From the NCBI GenBank assembly GCA_937625935.1, contig OW569373.1:310001-374000 (forward strand): 64,000 nt of DNA. Direction: 5' to 3'. A program made the position numbers and the translations under genes. This DNA comes from Tetramitus jugosus (Eukaryota; Protista; Heterolobosea). The notes under the pieces were generated by a model. That model did not search any database. It was not told where the DNA came from and saw only the letters and a program-made list of their open reading frames with translations. Below, in pieces: positions 42,539 through 55,100 of the stretch; position 1 is the stretch's first letter, and each line of letters starts with the position of its first letter.

Positions 42539-43393
42539 ATGGTGATTGCATGGATTGAGGACTTGTTGTGGCAAGCATTCAAGGACATGCCTATGATTCC
42601 ATTGTGCATCAGTTGCTTTGTTGTGTTGAGTGTGTATTTACTGCGGGAAATATCGTTGCATTCTCCCTATGCAATTTCCCCGGTGGATGTCATGGAGAAA
42701 TATGTGAGACAATTGTACATGATCATTTTGTTTATTTCGGTGCCTGTGATGACCTTGCTATTGTTCATTCACTTGTTTATCATGAATGAGAGTTCCATGC
42801 TTGGACCTTCGGCGCAAAATTTTCATCATTTTGTCCTGCTATCCTCTTTGGCGCTCTTTTTGTTCGGCGTCTATCTGAAATCGCAAACTGGCGCCAACAA
42901 AAGTATTACCCCGAATACAATCTACGGTGGGCCATCTCGCATCGCGCAGCAAGAACAAACTGATGATCCATTTGTTGGCTTAGCTTATCCTCTGCTTCAA
43001 ATTGGGATACACGCCTTGATCGTTTGGGTCTTGGCAAACAAGGCGCCACAATCTTCATCGATACAACGAAGTCCAAGTTCTACCTGGAGATACACTTCCA
43101 ACATGATTCTCTTGTTTTCCATGTTTTTGTTGCTGGTTAAGCTTCGAAGTTGTGCCAGAGTATTGCAAGAAGATATCCACTCTGAGGAGGAACAAGTTGA
43201 GATACGAGAGGAGGACGAACCAGAGAGAGAACAGAGTCAAGATTTTCTTTACAATAAGATTCAAACCATATCGACAAATGATACTCGCGATGATCTTTGG
43301 GGTCACTCTGCTAACAACGAATACAAGACTGATTTCCAGGTTGTGAAGCCAACCACAGTTCGTACCAATATGATTCGTTTCAATAGTCAATAA
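42539..43393 (+). CDS. Multi-pass membrane protein, unknown function
   Basis: 284-aa ATG ORF with about five hydrophobic segments and an acidic tail. Confidence 0.7.
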   Translation: MVIAWIEDLLWQAFKDMPMIPLCISCFVVLSVYLLREISLHSPYAISPVDVMEKYVRQLYMIILFISVPVMTLLLFIHLFIMNESSMLGPSAQNFHHFVLLSSLALFLFGVYLKSQTGANKSITPNTIYGGPSRIAQQEQTDDPFVGLAYPLLQIGIHALIVWVLANKAPQSSSIQRSPSSTWRYTSNMILLFSMFLLLVKLRSCARVLQEDIHSEEEQVEIREEDEPEREQSQDFLYNKIQTISTNDTRDDLWGHSANNEYKTDFQVVKPTTVRTNMIRFNSQ

Positions 43394-43435
43394 CTATTGC
43401 AAGCGAGTGAACAAAAAGCGAAAAATTTCTCTTTA

Positions 43436-45095
43436 TTACTTCATGACAACTAGTTTGGCATTGAGTAGTTTGGCTTCCTCGAGAGTTGCTGTGTCATCTG
43501 AGAGCACCACAGGTGGAAAAGCCGTTCTTAACTGGAACGACGTTCCTTGAATATAGGGTTGCAGGTATCTCTTGGCATCTCCAATGGTTTCATCGGCCCA
43601 CATGGTCATTGTATAGGTGCTACCATTATATACACTGACTTTTAGTACTGTCTTTCTGCGATCCGGACGCAACTCACTGTACCGTTCACAATCTGTTGGA
43701 ATTGTAAAGTTATCATGAGTTGGATCACTGTTACCTTCTGTTGTTACATTTGTTGGATTCTTGATCATCTGTTGAATGTCTGATCGAATGGGAATTACTT
43801 TTCCATTGCGTATCACTGATTTTGGTAATTGACTCAAGAAGGTATCTGAGTTCATTTTCTCCAGAGCTCCTTCATACTCACTCTTCGTTCTCAGATAGTC
43901 GACATCTCTAATGTTGGTATTCTTGTAATCTGATAGCTTGTGATCCATCTCAGTATTTTTCGTGTAGAGCTCTGTGCTTCTGTCTATGGGCACGAGTGTT
44001 ACTCCATCCGGATGTTTCTCCTTGAACTCATAGGGAAAGTAGCCATCTGCAACATCATTTAAGAATGCTCTCGTTATATCCCATTTATAAGGTCGAAAGG
44101 ATCCTTCATCCACTACAATGCCATTACTGTAGAATACAACATTACACTTCGGTTTCATTGCAATTTTCTTCACATTACCTTGTCCACTATAAATGATACT
44201 CCCTTCTTGGTCTGATAGTAGAGAATTCAATTCTTTAAATTTTCGCTTCACGACCTCCATATTGAGTCTAGGTGGGGAATTTTTAGGAGTTGAGGATGTT
44301 GGACTTTGTGACGGGGTATCCTCACTAGCGAAGGAACCAATATCATGAGTCTCTGTATCCTTATTCGAATGATGGATCTTTGGTAACACAACAGTTGATG
44401 GATTTTGCTCGAAGCGGATTGGTAATGGAGGAGATGATCGAATCTGTTCGTCAGTCGATGAGTGCAGAGGAGACGTTACCTTCTTTCGATCTACTCCCTT
44501 TCCCGGTTCCCTCTTTCTCCACTTGTGCGGTAGCTCCATCAAGTTCATGTATTCGATCATTTCGTTCATTGTTTGAACTAATGAAGTATGCTTCTCGTTT
44601 GACTCATCCCTCAACGACAGTATTTGATTCATTAGGTCAGCGATAAGGATGTCCTTGTCGGCCACACTTTGCCTCTGAACTAGCAACTCATTCTCTAAAG
44701 ACTTGATTCGGTTCATAAAACTCTTCATTAATTCCATATCTATTATCAATCAGTTAAATAGGACGACTTCAATATACAGTAGGAACAAAGAACCTTAACC
44801 TACCTGTTGCGATTATAGAGCTCTCAGAAGGTACTTTTTCAAGTTTCTCTGAACTACTGGAGCTAACCGAACTCTTAATATTACCCAGCACTCTCTTTCG
44901 TGTTATGTAGTCCATATCAGAGTTGTGTCCATTCACTGAGTGCCTCGAGGGAAAGACAGATGGTTTCAACCTGGCATTCAAGTTCCTTCGGTTCACTGCC
45001 ACACTGTAGTGCTGATTATTGTACAAATTCTTGTTCACCTGATCTTCAATACTATCCTTCTTGTCATTGTTTTTGTGATAATCCTCATATCCCAT
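43436..45095 (-). CDS. UBXN11: UBXN11-like p97 cofactor (coiled coil, SEP, UBX); exons 45095-44804 and 44739-43436
   Basis: FYSNGIVV..FRPY..FLNDVADGYFPYE, FLSQLPKSVIRNGKVI, UBX ETIGD..FQLRTAFPP. Phase-1 intron GTAGG..TAG 44803-44740 gives TDMELM. Confidence 0.88.
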
Positions 45096-45240
45096 GGTTT
45101 CTCCTCCACTCTCTAATCAATCGAGCCGTAAATGTTGCGTACACTGGTTTTTTCTGGCCCAGAACACCGCCGGCTGCCAATCTCTCTCGCGACTTCACAA
45201 TTGTCGAACAATGTCGTAAAGTAACGTTGTGAAATTTTTA

Positions 45241-46569
45241 TTATTCTGCACTGGATGAAGTGGAAGTAACAGCCAAGAACAAGGAATGAGCTCCATCAAT
45301 TGTTCTATCCACGACTTGCTTCTTGAGCCAGCCCTTGAGACCTCGTTGCCAACAAAAGGCAATAACCGATGTCGTAAAGAGTGCAGGCAAATGACCCAAC
45401 GTTCTCCAGAACAAGGCAGTCGCCGTCTCATAATTCACTTGTCTCTTGAACTGAATCGACGGTTTCAACAACAAGTAATAATTGATCGGAGTGGACAGTG
45501 CGGCAAACCACCACGGTAACACACCATAATAAGGCAAAGCATAACACATGGGAAACAGTGCAGCAGAGTGCAACAGGGCTTGTGTGGCTGCGTGTTCAGG
45601 ATTGGAAATGCTCAACATTTCATAACCTGCACGACTATAGTCAAATTTGCACTTGTATCCAATGGCCATGAAATGAGAAATTTGCCACAAATACATGACA
45701 CCAAACAAGAACAATCCAGATGGATCACGAACATCATTTGTCACTGAAGCACTGCCCATGAGAGGTGCCAATGAACCATTAACCGTTCCAATCCACGTAT
45801 TCAACCAATGAACAACCTTTAGAGGCGTATACACACCTGCATAAATGACAATATTGGCCACTCCGAGTGCACAAGTCAATGGATTATTGAAACGATACAA
45901 TAGATAACTACCACCGACTCCCGTAATGATTGCCTGCAACAGTGCATGACCCTTTGAGATTCTGCCTGTTGGTAAAGGACGATTCCGTGTTCTAGTCATA
46001 ATCTTGTCCCTATCCACTTCATACAACTCGTTCAATGAGTTGGCACAGGCAGCTTGCAGAAACGTACCAGTAGTCAATGCGAGTGTACTCTTCCAATCGA
46101 GAACATTACCTCCTGATGCATAATAACCACCCAATGTAGTGAAAACGACAAGTGAACTCAATCGTGTCTTCCATAGTTCATAGTAACATCGAACGTAGTG
46201 TCTAAAAACGGATGAATTTTTTTGTGTGTCGATTATGATGATTTCTTCCCCATTGATTTTTTCTTCTTCATTGGTAGTTGTTGTTGTGGAAAGGTCAATG
46301 ATTGATTGTGAATTTTCTTCAACAATTGATGATAGCTCTGGTTCAGATGTGTGATGTGCTTGTTGTTCTTGTTGCAATAATTGTTGTTGTTGTTGTTGTT
46401 CGATAAGAAGAAGCTTTCGTTGTTTTCGTGTCAATTCAAGTGATTCTTCCCATGGACAAGGTGGTTCTTCAATCACAATTGTTGTAGTTGTTGATTCGTT
46501 ATTGTTGTTGTTGTTGGTTGTGCATTCATCTTCTGTTGATGTTGATGTTGGTGGAAGTGTGGTGGACAT
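45241..46569 (-). CDS. COX10: Protoheme IX farnesyltransferase (heme O synthase)
   Basis: ELWKTRL, NELYEVDRDKIMTRTRNRPLPTGRI, YTPLK, WIG, WQISHF, DYSRAGY. Confidence 0.95.
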   Translation of the reverse strand: MSTTLPPTSTSTEDECTTNNNNNNESTTTTIVIEEPPCPWEESLELTRKQRKLLLIEQQQQQQLLQQEQQAHHTSEPELSSIVEENSQSIIDLSTTTTTNEEEKINGEEIIIIDTQKNSSVFRHYVRCYYELWKTRLSSLVVFTTLGGYYASGGNVLDWKSTLALTTGTFLQAACANSLNELYEVDRDKIMTRTRNRPLPTGRISKGHALLQAIITGVGGSYLLYRFNNPLTCALGVANIVIYAGVYTPLKVVHWLNTWIGTVNGSLAPLMGSASVTNDVRDPSGLFLFGVMYLWQISHFMAIGYKCKFDYSRAGYEMLSISNPEHAATQALLHSAALFPMCYALPYYGVLPWWFAALSTPINYYLLLKPSIQFKRQVNYETATALFWRTLGHLPALFTTSVIAFCWQRGLKGWLKKQVVDRTIDGAHSLFLAVTSTSSSAE

Positions 46570-47194
46570 GGTAATGGTGATGAATGGGTGGTGCTTGAAT
46601 GTGATGTGAGAAGATGGTTGCAGAGAAAGAAAAAAACAGCGAATGTCGGTAGGGGAATTTTGTGTGAAAAAGTTGTTCCTGGTCCTCTTTGAAAAAACGC
46701 TGCGATGTCTCCGTTTGGAATCGATCACACATTGTAAGCGGAGAATATGAAACACCAGACTCCTTCCCGGGAGCGTTTAAATTGTGTTCTACAATGTGTA
46801 TCGCGATTGTTGTCCATTGCAGTAGATAATCTCTCAACGGCTTCCACTCCAACAGTTGAAAGTTCTGTTGTAAATTCCGAGGAGAAACCAGAGTTACCAA
46901 AGTTCCAACGATATCATTTCTTGTTCGACAAACGCTTTTCTAATGTTGGGGTCATGCACGAATCAATCAGGTTCGCGTGAGTAAGAAATTCATAAGAACG
47001 AACACGACTGACACCTTATTTCGGTGCTACAAGTAAAGAATCCAAAGATATTACTCAACTCAGGTATTTCTCCTTGCAGAAGCAGAAAATTAGATTCCCC
47101 CAAGTTCGCTTTTTCCAATGAGCAATCTGCCCAACAAAACTTCTATTTAGATCAAACAACAAACAACGTAGAGAACGAATCATCACAACAAGAG

Positions 47195-48991
47195 ATGGAC
47201 CAGCAATCATATCACCAAGATGTTGTACCAAGTTGGGTGCAGACACAACACAAGACTTTTACTGCCTGGGCAAACTCAAAGCTACAGACGAACCATGACC
47301 ACGAGCACAATTCGGCTCTCAAGTCAGCTTACACTGGCCCGATGAATGACTTGATCTCTGGATTTCACACTGGTGTCAATCTTTGTCTGTTGATTCATTA
47401 TTTGACTCATGCAGACTTTGCTTTTGAGAAAACTCCAAAATCTCAATTCCAATTCCTGTCCAATGTTCAAATGGCACTTGAAACACTTCAGAAGAACAAT
47501 CCAGATGTTCACTTGATTAGTATTGATGCAAATTCGATTGCACATGGTGATTTGAAGCTTGTGTTGGGCCTTGTGTGGCAATTGATTGTCGCCTATGAAG
47601 CAAAGGATTTGAAGGATCATTATCACCAGCAGTACTCACCCCGCAGTCAAAAGGAAAATCCAAATGGTCAAATCAACAAACAACAACCATTGTCTAAGAA
47701 GGATCTTCTTTTACAATGGATTAACTCAATTTTGCGCCAAGCAAATTCTCCCGCCACCATCACCAACTTTACAACGGATTGGACAAGCGGAGACAATTTG
47801 ATTCAGTTTACACAAGCCGTGAAAACACTGTTCCAAAAGCAGGGAATAGTATTGGATCCTCACGAGACAATGAGTTGGGAGCCATTGAGACGTGCAACAA
47901 CTGCATTTGATTTGCTAAAGTCGCATTTGAACATCCCAGTGATCATGTCACCAGAGGACGTTGTCAATGCACCTGACGAGCTCTCACTCATGACCTATTT
48001 CCTCTGTGCCAGAGCTGTGATTAATGACAACTTGTTGAATACCTCCGATGGATCATCCGGTGTCATGGCAGCCAGGCAACAATCCTCACCAAGTTCTTCT
48101 TCCACTCATCAGGCTCCGAACTTTGAAGTTACAGAGTTTAGCATGAAAAATGTTGTGCCACCTTCGACATCTATTAATCCTCCTCCTGCTGCTAGTACTA
48201 CTGTCCGTCCTCCTGTTGCCGTCGATATCTCTGTTCCTATTCCAGACCATGTACCTACACTGGACATCAAAGCTCCTCCTCAATTCCCATCATCTGAAAC
48301 CACGATCCATGATACCACAAGATTATCGAAGAACGAGTATGATGATAGAGTGTCACCAAGAGCTGAAACGGTGATTGTGAACCATCACCACCATCATCAC
48401 AATCACGTATCGGACAACAGAGTCACCAACAATGCCTATAACACGTACAATGACCAAGTCGAGTATCCTGACGTGCCACAGGCTCAACAAGAGAATTTTT
48501 ATAGTGAGCAGATGAGTCAACTGAGTCTGAATGATTCAATTCCAACGGATGGATTATTGGGCTTGCCATATCCACAACAAGATGTTGCACCATATCCACA
48601 AGATAACGCACCCTATCCATCGAATGGAGTTGCTCAGGCAGACAATTTTGTTGCTCCTCAGTATGATCAGTATCAATACGATCAATATTCAATGGAGCAA
48701 CAGCAACAGCAACAGGTATACTATGGTGCGCCACCACCTGCTCAAACATCTCAGTATGGATATGACATGACGGCATACTCGAGTACCACGAGCAGCACAA
48801 CCTATTATCAACAAGGTTTTCCTCCTCAACCCTATGCTCAACCACAATACTATGGCGCAACAGGTGTGCAACCAGTTTATACTCAGGTAGCTCCACCACC
48901 ACAAATGATGGTCGGTTCTAGTGTAACAACAGTTCATGTTGTTTCAAAGAAGAAGTTCAAGAAGATGGCCAAGCATGGTAACTTTTACTAA
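47195..48991 (+). CDS. Tandem calponin-homology actin-binding protein with Pro/Gln/Tyr-rich tail
   Basis: WVQTQHKTFTAWAN, GDLKLVLGLVWQLI, LLLQWIN, ITNFTTDWTSG, PDELSLMTY. Confidence 0.9.
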   Translation: MDQQSYHQDVVPSWVQTQHKTFTAWANSKLQTNHDHEHNSALKSAYTGPMNDLISGFHTGVNLCLLIHYLTHADFAFEKTPKSQFQFLSNVQMALETLQKNNPDVHLISIDANSIAHGDLKLVLGLVWQLIVAYEAKDLKDHYHQQYSPRSQKENPNGQINKQQPLSKKDLLLQWINSILRQANSPATITNFTTDWTSGDNLIQFTQAVKTLFQKQGIVLDPHETMSWEPLRRATTAFDLLKSHLNIPVIMSPEDVVNAPDELSLMTYFLCARAVINDNLLNTSDGSSGVMAARQQSSPSSSSTHQAPNFEVTEFSMKNVVPPSTSINPPPAASTTVRPPVAVDISVPIPDHVPTLDIKAPPQFPSSETTIHDTTRLSKNEYDDRVSPRAETVIVNHHHHHHNHVSDNRVTNNAYNTYNDQVEYPDVPQAQQENFYSEQMSQLSLNDSIPTDGLLGLPYPQQDVAPYPQDNAPYPSNGVAQADNFVAPQYDQYQYDQYSMEQQQQQQVYYGAPPPAQTSQYGYDMTAYSSTTSSTTYYQQGFPPQPYAQPQYYGATGVQPVYTQVAPPPQMMVGSSVTTVHVVSKKKFKKMAKHGNFY

Positions 48992-49042
48992 AGATATTGT
49001 AAATCGATGTATATTTTTTGAAAACAATAAGTTTATTACAGT

Positions 49043-50146
49043 TTACATTCTAATTGCCAATCTTGTGCCAATTTGGCCCTCACACTTGGACAAGAAGAAT
49101 TGAGGTGAATAGAGCAGGGAAGGCTGATCAATTATCAGAGGCAACTTACTCTTGCCCATCTTCTTCATATATGGGTACATCTTCATCATTTCCTTGTGGA
49201 ATTGTTTTCTCTGTTTCGCTTCTATTGTGTTCACATCGTTCATACTTGCCACAACCATTAAACAAGACCGTATTATCATATTTCTCATTGTTTGTTTTTC
49301 ATCCGTGCGTTCTTCATTGTTGTCACTGGTATTATGACGAGTTACTTGTCTCAATTTGCTAGCAAATGTATTGCGATCACGTGTCGGCTGCCCTGTTCCG
49401 TACTGTAGAGGTAAAACATCCTTTACATAACTAAGAACAAATTCATAGAAATTGTCCTTGTTCTTCACTCCAGAGAACATCATGGAGAAACTGCAACAGA
49501 ATTCTGTTTTGATAAGATTAACATTGGTGTCGATTGCACCTGCGAATCGATGTCTATAGGTTGAATCGTGTTCGGCTTTGAAGGTGTGTTCTAACCTTCT
49601 CAGAATACTCATATCATTCATTGGCAGAAATTGAATCATTTTCAAATGATCCAAAACAAATGTGACATCTATTATAGAGGTCAACAAACGGCTGCACTGG
49701 TCAACGTTCTTCGCAGTTGACATTTGTTGTTGCTCAACCAAGGTATTGGTCTTCTGAGCAGATTCTTTGCTTTGATGCATAGTAATTACACGATGTAGCA
49801 TCCTTGGAGCAATTTCGTTTCCAATCAATTGCATAAAAGTCATCCACTCGATCATTGTGTCGTATGTCTTAGCTAACACCTTAATATTGCTTGTCCTTTC
49901 ACGTACAAGTACAGCTTCGTCAAACAAGTTTGAGTAAGGGACGAACAAGCTCGTGGAATAGTTAAGGAACCAATTTTTGTATTGGTCACTCTTCTCTTTC
50001 ACATATTGTTCAATGCAATGGAGAGTTATGGCTTGATAACTGTGGTTGACCTGGTAAAATCCTTGAAACAATGAAGGGATATCCAAGAAGGAACAAATGT
50101 GGAAGAAAACGTCTTAGCAGAGATGGATCGAACTTGAATTATTCAT
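49043..50146 (-). pseudogene. F-box + CYRI/FAM49(DUF1394)-like protein with in-frame TAA at codon 11
   Basis: ATG 50146 is in frame with the 49043-50086 ORF: MNNSSSIHLC*DVFFHICSFLDIPSLFQGFYQVN (F-box). IIDVTFVLDHLKM..NDMSILRR resembles CYRI ILHFTLRFDELKM..NDFSYYRR. Confidence 0.68.
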
Positions 50147-50498
50147 ACTAGTATGTTGGTGTGCTTTGCTTGTTCAAAACGAAACCTATGTGAATCCAAG
50201 AGGCAACCCTACAAATGTAGGTCATTTGCCTGGTGGATAGTTCTGGCTCAGTTCTCGAGAACAAACGGAGAACTTGGAATTCTTCCAGACAGAGGGAATC
50301 GAATGTAAGTCTCCGTTCATTTTTCACCGCTCATTTTCTCCGGTGAAGCTAAGCTGTGAAGCCACGTGTCGTTATTGGCTATCCGACTGTCATTCTCGGA
50401 TTGAAGGCAACCCAGGTCGACACCTAATCTTGGTTCCTTGACACAGAAACAAAACAAAAGAAACGCCAATTGTTGAAAAGAGCCAAGATTCATTTAAC

Positions 50499-51068
50499 AT
50501 GTCAGACACAAGAACAGAAAAGGAAAAGATGACTGCAGGAGAGATGTACGATCCTCGTGACCCAGAGTTGAGACGAGCCAGCCAAAATGCACGTCGTCTC
50601 ACCCGAAAGTTCAACGACGAAGAAGACGTTGCTGCCAGGGAAGAAACTCTGAAAGAACTTGTGGGTCATCATGGTGCCAATAGCTACATTGAACCACCGT
50701 TCCGTTGTGACTATGGCTTCAATATTTCCTATGGTGAGTCTTTCTATGCCAATTTTGGTTGTATCATGCTCGATATCTGTCCAATTAAAATTGGAAAGAA
50801 TGTCATGTTAGCACCCAATGTGCAGTTGTATTCGGCAACTCATCCAATCGATCCAGTGGAAAGAAATTCTGGTAAGGAGTACGGAAAGCCAATTACCATT
50901 GGAGATTCTGTCTGGATTGGAGGAGGTTCTATTATCAATCCTGGTGTAACCATTGGTGAAGGAACCACGATTGGATCTGGTTCTGTCGTCACAAAGGACA
51001 TTCCTGCATATGTGGTCGCTGCTGGCAATCCATGTAGAGTCATCAAACATCTAAAGAAGGAAGAATAA
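50499..51068 (+). CDS. maa: Maltose O-acetyltransferase-like sugar acetyltransferase (left-handed beta-helix)
   Basis: [52 protein letters not shown]. Confidence 0.93.
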   Translation: MSDTRTEKEKMTAGEMYDPRDPELRRASQNARRLTRKFNDEEDVAAREETLKELVGHHGANSYIEPPFRCDYGFNISYGESFYANFGCIMLDICPIKIGKNVMLAPNVQLYSATHPIDPVERNSGKEYGKPITIGDSVWIGGGSIINPGVTIGEGTTIGSGSVVTKDIPAYVVAAGNPCRVIKHLKKEE

Positions 51069-51143
51069 AAAACCAGTTGTTTTTGTTGGGGTTGTATTCA
51101 CCGTTTTGTAATTGAGTTTTCCCGTCCATTTTGCCGCCCAAAA

Positions 51144-51860
51144 ATGCAACAAACGATCGCCCAGAAAAGTGTGTTGCTATTGCTCTACACTTTGTTTGTA
51201 CGACAACAGGATGAACGTCAATCCATCTGGAAAATTGATCACTTGAAAACACTCTTGTTTCACAGCATGAACAATGTGTTGTTGTTGAAGTGGAATCAAC
51301 AACAACATGCCACAGAGATCGCTGATGATGACACAGTGGTGGTGCAAATGCTTGCTGAAATCAAGCCCGAACTAGCAAAGAGACTCCTTGGGATCTATCA
51401 AAGCTTTTTGAGTCACCTGGACAAGCAGACAAAGAGAGACAACCAAGTGAGTAAAGCTATGTCACGTCACCAAACACATCCATTTGACGATCGTCATTTG
51501 TTGTTCATTCAATTGTGGTACTTGCGCATGTCAGAGAAGCAAAAGAGGAGAGTGAGAGCTTTGGCAATTAATAATATCTTGTTTGTCAATCATGAAGCAA
51601 AAGAGCATGACGATGACCAAGCAACAATTGTCGAAGAGAGTTCGACATCATCGTTGCTTGTCGCTCTTATTTTGCTGTACAATGGCGACAACAGAGCTGT
51701 CATACTGAAGGAGATGATGGATCGACTCGAACAGAGCCATACAACACCCAAGGGTCTGGTTTTACAAGAGCAACGGCTACAAGAGTTCCAGCATCGGTTA
51801 CTGATTCAAGTTTTGTTGTACCGATTTACGACAAGTTCTCTCGAGGAGTTGGCAACGTGA
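51144..51860 (+). CDS. Hypothetical alpha-helical protein
   Basis: 238-aa ATG ORF filling an otherwise empty interval; no motif recognised. Confidence 0.55.
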   Translation: MQQTIAQKSVLLLLYTLFVRQQDERQSIWKIDHLKTLLFHSMNNVLLLKWNQQQHATEIADDDTVVVQMLAEIKPELAKRLLGIYQSFLSHLDKQTKRDNQVSKAMSRHQTHPFDDRHLLFIQLWYLRMSEKQKRRVRALAINNILFVNHEAKEHDDDQATIVEESSTSSLLVALILLYNGDNRAVILKEMMDRLEQSHTTPKGLVLQEQRLQEFQHRLLIQVLLYRFTTSSLEELAT

Positions 51861-52172
51861 ACATGGGAACACCAAACCTGAACCTGTACTCGGGGTCATT
51901 TTAGGGACAAAACGATTGTTGATGATTCAATCAAAATATGACCTTGGTGGCCATTTTTTAGTCAAGAAAGACCACCGAATCCTCCCTTTACTTGTCAAAG
52001 TTCCTTAACTGTCCAAATACCAATACTCATGCATCAGCTCACCGCTGCCCGGCAGAGGACAAAATTCTTATGATTGGACTGCTTAATCTCACACACTTTC
52101 TGTTGGATGACCCAAGGGTAAGGGTTCATCCACCGTGAAGAAAAAGTTCAACATCTATACTACAACTTTGCT

Positions 52173-55100
52173 ATGCAAGCTCACCAAATGATCATTCCTC
52201 TGACCCTCCTCTCGCTGTTATTATGTTTATTGCTTCTGAGCATGTCCAGTGTTGTGTCAAGCCAACATCTGGAAAAGGTGTTTGAGACAAGTATTGATCC
52301 TAATATATCAGTGAACATCAACGATAGTATTCGGATTTCAACGAAAGTCAACTCCAGTGGGAAGAACATGGAACAAGTGATGTGGAGTGTGCAGTACATG
52401 GTGAATCATCAATTACCACAATTGGAGCTCAATGTTGATCCATATGTATCGGGTGACAGAAATTTAACACTGTGGATACCACCTTCGCAACTCATTGTCA
52501 ATACTACCTACTCTGTTGTGTTTCGGTACGGTGTTCAGAAAAATAAGAAGAAGCCCTTGGTGTGGGAACAGAGAGGTCCTCTCATATTCCGAACAGGAAA
52601 TCCACCAAGAAAACCAAGTGTCATAGTAACTCCTTCAAAAGGAACGGTGGACGATGTATTTCAAATTGAAGTGCAACCTGATAGTGGCGACTGTGGAGAC
52701 AACAATGCGAATCAATGCTCTTTTGCCTTGTCATTTGAAGACAAGTTGGCTAAAATGACAGTATTTTTGTTCTCATTTGATGACCCAGGATCGCGTAGTC
52801 CCAATTTTACCTCATTGCTGCCTCAGGGTTTTTCGAAAGATGGTCGATTGACTCTGACAGCTCATGTCAGGAATTTACGAGGTGAATCTTCGTTTTCAAG
52901 TACAGTTGTGGGTGTGTTGCCAAGTGTTTCCTTAGCCCATGGCGGGGGTCTCCCACCAACCGAGAGCATTACTGCGGGCGAGGGAACTGAAGAGTTTGAA
53001 TTGAATATGATCAATATCGTTCGTAAGGTTGACTATATTATGTTGAATGATACGCTAGCCCATATATACATGGACGAAACCAAACAATTGTTGAACACGA
53101 TAGTGAAGTCCACTTTCAAAAGGTTTAAGAATGATCAAGGAGGAAAGAAAATCAATCAGAAGCTTTCCCTTTTGCGGTCGGTTGCACAGTTTTCTTCATT
53201 ATTCTCCAGTGACAGCAAAAAAGATGCTCTATCAATGATTAATACTATTCTCCAAGTGGACATGACCGAGCAGAGCCAAAATAGTACGGTTGATACCTAT
53301 CTTTCATCTATCAACGCAATAGCAGCAACTGTATCTGATATGGCCCCTAGTTCATTCGGTGAAAGGATATTATCAAATCTAACAATGACTTCTGTTCGAT
53401 CTCTAGAAAGATCTATCATTCGCTTCTCATATCCCGATGGACTCAAAACTGTCCTTTCCACCTCGTCATTTTCAATGGCTGTGCGAAAGGTGTATGACTT
53501 GAAAGAAGATTTGATGACGCAAGTTGATTCTTCTCATACTGTTCAAGTACCTACTGATATCTATTCGGTTGTCGGGTCTCCAACAGTATCGTTTGCTTTT
53601 ACGCGATATTCATCACATATCAATCCCTATGCCTGGTCGAATAGTACTAGGAATATGACCAGTTCGATCATTGATGTGAAGATTGGAGATGAGGATGGGA
53701 CCATCATTCCCGTGCGAAACCTAGCAAAGCCCATTCTTATCACATTAGAAGTTAATCACGAGGTAGATAATTACGAATGTAGGTACTGGAATGACACTGT
53801 GCAAGACTGGAAGAGTGATGGGTGTATTTTTGTTTCTCGTACAGGGTTGTCAGTTACGTGCGCTTGTACTCATACGACCAGCTTTGCGGCTTTTGTGCTC
53901 GATGAAGTCAAAATCTCTGGCACAAAAAGCAAGACATCTCATTATCTGGTTGGTATAGTATTTAATTCGATCTACAGCATATTTTGTATTGTCCTTATTG
54001 CGATTCTTATCTTGATCCGAAGGAGTCAACCTGTAAAGTCTCGATTTGTCGCTCCATTTATTGGACTCACTGCAATTCTTATTGATTGCACTTTCCAAGG
54101 CATCATAAGAAATTCATTACGGTTGTCCAATCAATCTTGGAAGGTAATTGACAGTTTTGGGTATGTGATAATGCTAACTGCAAATCCATTGATGATTACT
54201 GCTATGGCAGTGTATGTATGGCAGCATGTGAGACACATTTGTATGCAACATATATACTACCTGATGTGTGTGCCCAGAGGTGAATCTGGTCAACTAAATA
54301 TGATCAGAATTTTTAAGATTGTTTGTTCCAAGCTGGTGTTTGCCTCGATTGTTGGTTGTGTATGGTTGTGCTCCACTATGTACTTTGCCATAATAATTGG
54401 ATCGTTGAAGCAAAACTATCCAAGAGCTCTCATGCTAACTCAAGTAATTTCTTATGCGAGTATTATGTTAGCTCTAGCACTCTGTTTGATGTCAAGTATC
54501 ATGGCAGATTGGTTGCTTGCTTGGAAGAGTGGTAGACTGGGTTTGTCGAATTGGGAAGAATCTGTATCGGAGAGTGGTGCTAAGAAATCTACTAATGCTA
54601 TATCTTCTCAGTATTCCGTTTTCAATATTGTTTCTGACATTGATCCGTTGCATTTCCGCAGGGAGAGCATTATTATTTGTGCTACTATGCTTGTGTTATT
54701 GACAGCATTTTGTTTGGGTATTGGATCTACATTGAAGACTGGTCTAGAAGTTGTCGTAATAGTGTTTGATTTACTTCTAACTTTATTATCCATCTTGGCT
54801 TTTGGCGGATATGTTGTGCTTTCTGCTTTGTATCAGAAGATATATCGCTCATGTGGACCTGCAAGCAAGTATTCGCTGATGTCGTCTGACGAAGGATGGA
54901 CGACATTACTTTCGGTTTTGACGAATCCATTTGGTCATCACCTCTTCACAAAATTTAGTCAGCAAGAGTTCGCATTGGAGAATGTGCTGTTGTACGATAA
55001 GTTAGAGAGCTTGAAAACAAAGAGAGAGACAATGACAACAGATGAGCGCAAAGAAGAATTGCTCAATCTCAACAAGAGCTTTGTCGACGAAAAAGGATAT

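Noticed and set aside
46570-46755. Non-AUG, presequence-like N-terminal extension of COX10
   Set aside because: Arg-rich and open, but the part next to the ATG looks like the CA-rich 5' UTRs of other genes here; cannot be supported without ribosome profiling.
50114-50116. Stop-codon reassignment or a 21-nt intron to explain the in-frame TAA
   Set aside because: Many genes here end in TAA; the other introns are 60-125 nt, and a 21-nt excision would remove F-box residues.
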